From assembly GCA_027491435.1 (NCBI GenBank), contig JAOZFG010000035.1, positions 1 through 64,000 on the forward strand: a DNA stretch of 64,000 nt, written 5' to 3'. The first letter of the stretch is position 1. Every line of letters begins with the position of its first letter. Position numbers and translations under genes: made by a program. The notes beneath the pieces are model-generated. The model was not told where the DNA came from. It ran no database searches and saw only the letters and a list, made by a program, of their open reading frames with translations. The DNA is from Thermoproteota archaeon (lineage in GTDB: Archaea; Korarchaeota; Korarchaeia; Korarchaeales; Korarchaeaceae). Shown in pieces: positions 57,899-64,000 of this stretch.

Positions 57899-59152
57899 GT
57901 GGCCGAGATGAGGGTCAGACCTTCCGTGATCACGGGGAGCGTTAAAGCTCCTCCCTCAAAGAGTTACACTCACCGAGCCCTGACAGTTGGTCTTATAGCT
58001 TCTGGACGTTCTAGGATATGGAATCCCTCGTTAGGCAGGGACGTCAAGGCCACTTTAAGGGCCTTGGAGCTCTTCGGAGCCACGATCAGCGGATCTAACC
58101 CCTTGGTGGTGGAGCCCCCAGAGAGGCCCCAGGTGCCGGATGATGTGGTAAACTGTCAGGGATCTGGAACCACCATCAGGTTCATGACGTCAATAGCCTC
58201 CCTCACCCCTAAGGGGTACACCGTGCTCACGGGGAATGAAAGCCTCAGGAGGAGGCCCATGGGCCCCTTAATTAGATCTCTGGAGGACTTGGGAGTGAAG
58301 GCCTTTAGCACCAGGTTGAACGGCTTACCTCCGGTGGTGGTCAGGGGAGGAGGGCTTAGAGGCGGGAGTACCGAGATGCCCGGCCAGATAAGCTCGCAGT
58401 TCTTCTCGTCCCTCATGATAGCAGGAACCAGCTCGGAGATTGGCGTTAAGGTGAGGCCTCTGGGGGAGCTGGTCTCTAGGCCCTACCTTGAGATGACCTC
58501 TGCTGTGCTCTCCACGGCTGGTGTGAAGGTTGAATTGGGTGAGGAGATAATCGTGCCACCTGAGAGGCCCCAGGGGTTTGACTTCAAGGTGCCCGGGGAT
58601 TTGGGCCTTGCAGCTCCCTTAATGGTGGCCGCCTCAGTGACGGGGGGCAGCCTCAGGGTGGAGGTTGACCTCTCCCTCCCACAGGCGGACAACGCCGTCC
58701 TGCAGTTGCTTAGGGAGTTTGGAGTTCACGTTGAGGTCGGCGATGGGTACGTCTTGGTTGAGGGGAGGCCCAGAAGGGGAGCCAGGGTGGACCTGAGGGA
58801 TTTCCCTGACTTGCTCCCCTCAATGGCTGTTCTGGCCGCTTACAGCCCTGGCAGAAGCTTGATAACGGGAGTAAGACATGCCAGGTACAAGGAGAGCGAC
58901 AGGCTGTCAGTCATGGCCAGAGAGCTCAGGAAGGCAGGAGTTAATGTGGAGGAGCTGGAGGACGGGCTGGTAATTGAGGGCGGTAACGTTAGGGCGTCTA
59001 GGTTCAACGCTGAGGGGGATCACAGGGTCTTCATGGCCCTGATGGCCTTGGCCCTTGGGGCGGATGGTGAAAGCGAAATTGAGGGTGAAACCTACGTCTC
59101 GGACTCCTACCCCGAGTTCTTCGAGGACCTCAATAAGTTAAGGGGGGCTTAG
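57899..59152 (+). CDS. aroA: EPSP synthase
   Basis: PPSKSYTHR, SGTT, RRPM, SSQF, KESDR, DHR and SYP motifs. Confidence 0.92.
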   Translation: MAEMRVRPSVITGSVKAPPSKSYTHRALTVGLIASGRSRIWNPSLGRDVKATLRALELFGATISGSNPLVVEPPERPQVPDDVVNCQGSGTTIRFMTSIASLTPKGYTVLTGNESLRRRPMGPLIRSLEDLGVKAFSTRLNGLPPVVVRGGGLRGGSTEMPGQISSQFFSSLMIAGTSSEIGVKVRPLGELVSRPYLEMTSAVLSTAGVKVELGEEIIVPPERPQGFDFKVPGDLGLAAPLMVAASVTGGSLRVEVDLSLPQADNAVLQLLREFGVHVEVGDGYVLVEGRPRRGARVDLRDFPDLLPSMAVLAAYSPGRSLITGVRHARYKESDRLSVMARELRKAGVNVEELEDGLVIEGGNVRASRFNAEGDHRVFMALMALALGADGESEIEGETYVSDSYPEFFEDLNKLRGA

Positions 59153-59271
59153 CAGCTTCCGCGTTTCCCGAGCCCTTGCGGAGCTCAGTACTCCGCGGAA
59201 CGTGGCCGGGCTTAACTTCCGGGTTCGGAATGGGTCCGGGTGTGTCCCCGGCCACTATGGCCGCTCGCCCC
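59144..59271 (-). rRNA. rrf: 5S rRNA (stand-alone; ends approximate)
   Basis: Minus strand reads GCGGCCATAG...CACCCGGACCCATTCCGAACCCGGAAGTTAAGC...AGTACT...GGGAAA...GCTGC; termini pair; TTTATAAA box about 25 nt upstream. Confidence 0.95.
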
Positions 59272-59339
59272 TCTCATGGGAGAGGGGCTTCAATTTATAA
59301 ACTTTAGGGGGGTCGTCCAGGTTGAGAGGGTGAAGTGCC

Positions 59340-62263
<2,924 letters not shown>

Positions 62264-62282
<19 letters not shown>

Positions 62283-63538
62283 GAGTTCACGGTTGGGTTA
62301 GCGAGATCAGGGAGTTGGGCAAGATCAGGTTCATCGTGCTGAGGAATTGGGAGCAGAAGGCACAGCTCACCTTAAAGAAAGGCGTGGTCCCAGATGAGCT
62401 TTTCAAGATAACGGACGAGCTAACCCAGGAGTCTGTTATAGAGGCTGAAGGCGAGCTAGTTAAGGAGAAAAAGGCCAAGGCAGTGGACGTTGAGGTTATC
62501 CCCCATAAAATAGTGGTGCACTCAATCTCAAGGCCCCAACTGCCCCTAGACCCCAACTGGAAGGTTCAAGCCCTCACCCCAACCAGGTTCGATAACAGGC
62601 CCCTAGACCTGAGGAGGCCTGAGATTCAGTCTATATTCAAGATAGAGCACACCCTAATAAAGGGAATGGAGGACTGGCTCAGGGAGAACGGTTTCTTAAG
62701 GGTATTCACCCCTGCGATAATAGGGGCCGCTAGCGAGAGTGGAGCTGAGGTCTTTGAGGTGAAGTACTTTGACAGGAAGGCTTACCTTAGGCAGGATCCA
62801 CAGCTCCACAGGCAGCTGACCATAATAGGTGGATTTGAGAGGATATACGATTTGGGAGTCAACTGGAGGGCGGAGTTGAGCCACACGCCCAGGCACCTAA
62901 GCGAGTTCAGGTCCATCGCTGTGGAGATGGCCTTCATAAGGGATGAGACCGACGTCATGAGAGTTGAGGAGGAGCTCGTGAAGGCTGGAATAAAGGCGGT
63001 GGTGGAGGAGAGACAGAAGGAGCTTGAACTTCTGGGAGTTAACCTGGAGGTCCCCAAAACCCCGTTCCCCGAGCTCAGGTTCCCCAAGGTCTACGACATA
63101 CTTGAAGAGATGGGCAAGCACGTGGAGTACGGCGAGGATTATGACACGGAGTCCGAGAGGCTCCTGTGGAAGTACGTGAAGGAGGAGTACGGCTCTGACT
63201 TCTTCTTCGTGAACAGATTCCCGTTCGCAGCCAAGCCCTTCTACGTTATGAAGGCCGAACCTCCCTGGGCCAGGAGCGTGGATCTCCTATACAAGGGGCT
63301 TGAGCTGAGCTCTGGTGGGCAGAGGGAGCACAGATACGAGGTGCTCATGGAGCAGATAAGGGAGAAGGGGCTCAGCCCCAAGAGCCTGGAGTGGTTTACC
63401 AAGTTCTTCGCCTACGGAGCGCCACCTCACGGAGGCTTTGCCATAGGCATAGAGAGGCTCATGATGAAGATGTTGAACCTTCAAAGCGTTAAGGAAGCCG
63501 CTCTCTTCCCGAGAGATCCAGAGAGGGTTCTGCCATAA
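62264..63538 (+). CDS. aspS: Aspartyl-tRNA synthetase, archaeal type
   Basis: OB-fold GWV, LDLR, RAELSHTPRHLSEF, SSGGQREH and PPHGGFAIGIER motifs; ATG at 62264 preferred. Confidence 0.92.
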
Positions 63539-63610
63539 AGGGGAAAGGTCCTCATTCGACGTTAGACGTTCAAACGTAAAATAGGGTGCTGCGGGGAAAA
63601 GGTTGAAGAA

Positions 63611-64000
63611 ATGAGGGCCGCCATACTGCTAACACTCCTGCTGCTGTCTCCTGTCGGAGCAGCGCTAGCTAGCGACGTCGTGTACTACTATGGGGAAGTA
63701 GTGCTGTTTGGGAGGGGGATCTCAGCACCTCCAACGGCCCACATTGGTTCAGCTGTAGTTTATGAGGTGGAGGTCCTCGCCGTCGGTCAGGGCGAAGAGC
63801 TGTCAATTTCCATCCCCCACTATAACAAGGTCAGGGTGAGCGGGCCCAACCTAACCTTCCTGTTTTCTGGAGAAGAGGAAGCCTACCAGGGTTTTCACAG
63901 GATAAAGCCGGTGATGGTGAAGGTCAGCCAAGAGATTGAAGGTGTATACGTGGAGAAGGGTAGAGAAGTTGTGAGCACGGTGGCGGCTGAGGTAGGAGGC
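63611..64000 (+). CDS. Secreted protein (runs off the window end)
   Basis: Manual translation MRAAILLTLLLLSPVGAALASDVVYYYGEV shows a signal peptide. Confidence 0.65.
   Translation, partial: MRAAILLTLLLLSPVGAALASDVVYYYGEVVLFGRGISAPPTAHIGSAVVYEVEVLAVGQGEELSISIPHYNKVRVSGPNLTFLFSGEEEAYQGFHRIKPVMVKVSQEIEGVYVEKGREVVSTVAAEVGG

Overview
A gene-dense archaeal chromosome segment. Archaeal-type genes (dys, Trm14-like and Trm112 proteins, DUF1512, HerA/NurA, GGPP synthase, geranylgeranyl reductase), GGTGA/GGAGG ribosome-binding sites, heavy AGG/ATA codon use, an intron-containing tRNA-Tyr and a stand-alone 5S rRNA suggest a thermophilic TACK-type archaeon. That taxonomy is inference. Content: a hydantoinase A/B pair divergent from a liv-type ABC transporter and racemase; housekeeping genes (nfo, adk, guaB, pyrG, dys, aroA, ileS, aspS); sdhACDB back-to-back with a Rieske/cytochrome b module; ComA with an HTH fusion beside a YeeE sulfur transporter; a stand-alone herA-nurA pair; a box C/D sRNA; and an RNase HIII-like gene. 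The most unusual locus is 12557-15239: an orphan cas6, then speD, then a non-coding array of seven degenerate units at an exact 30-bp period, a G-tract/C-tract element around a TATA-like box, and a 359-aa protein I cannot assign. I saw no canonical CRISPR array, transposase or integrase. All protein calls come from reading motifs by eye, not from database searches.
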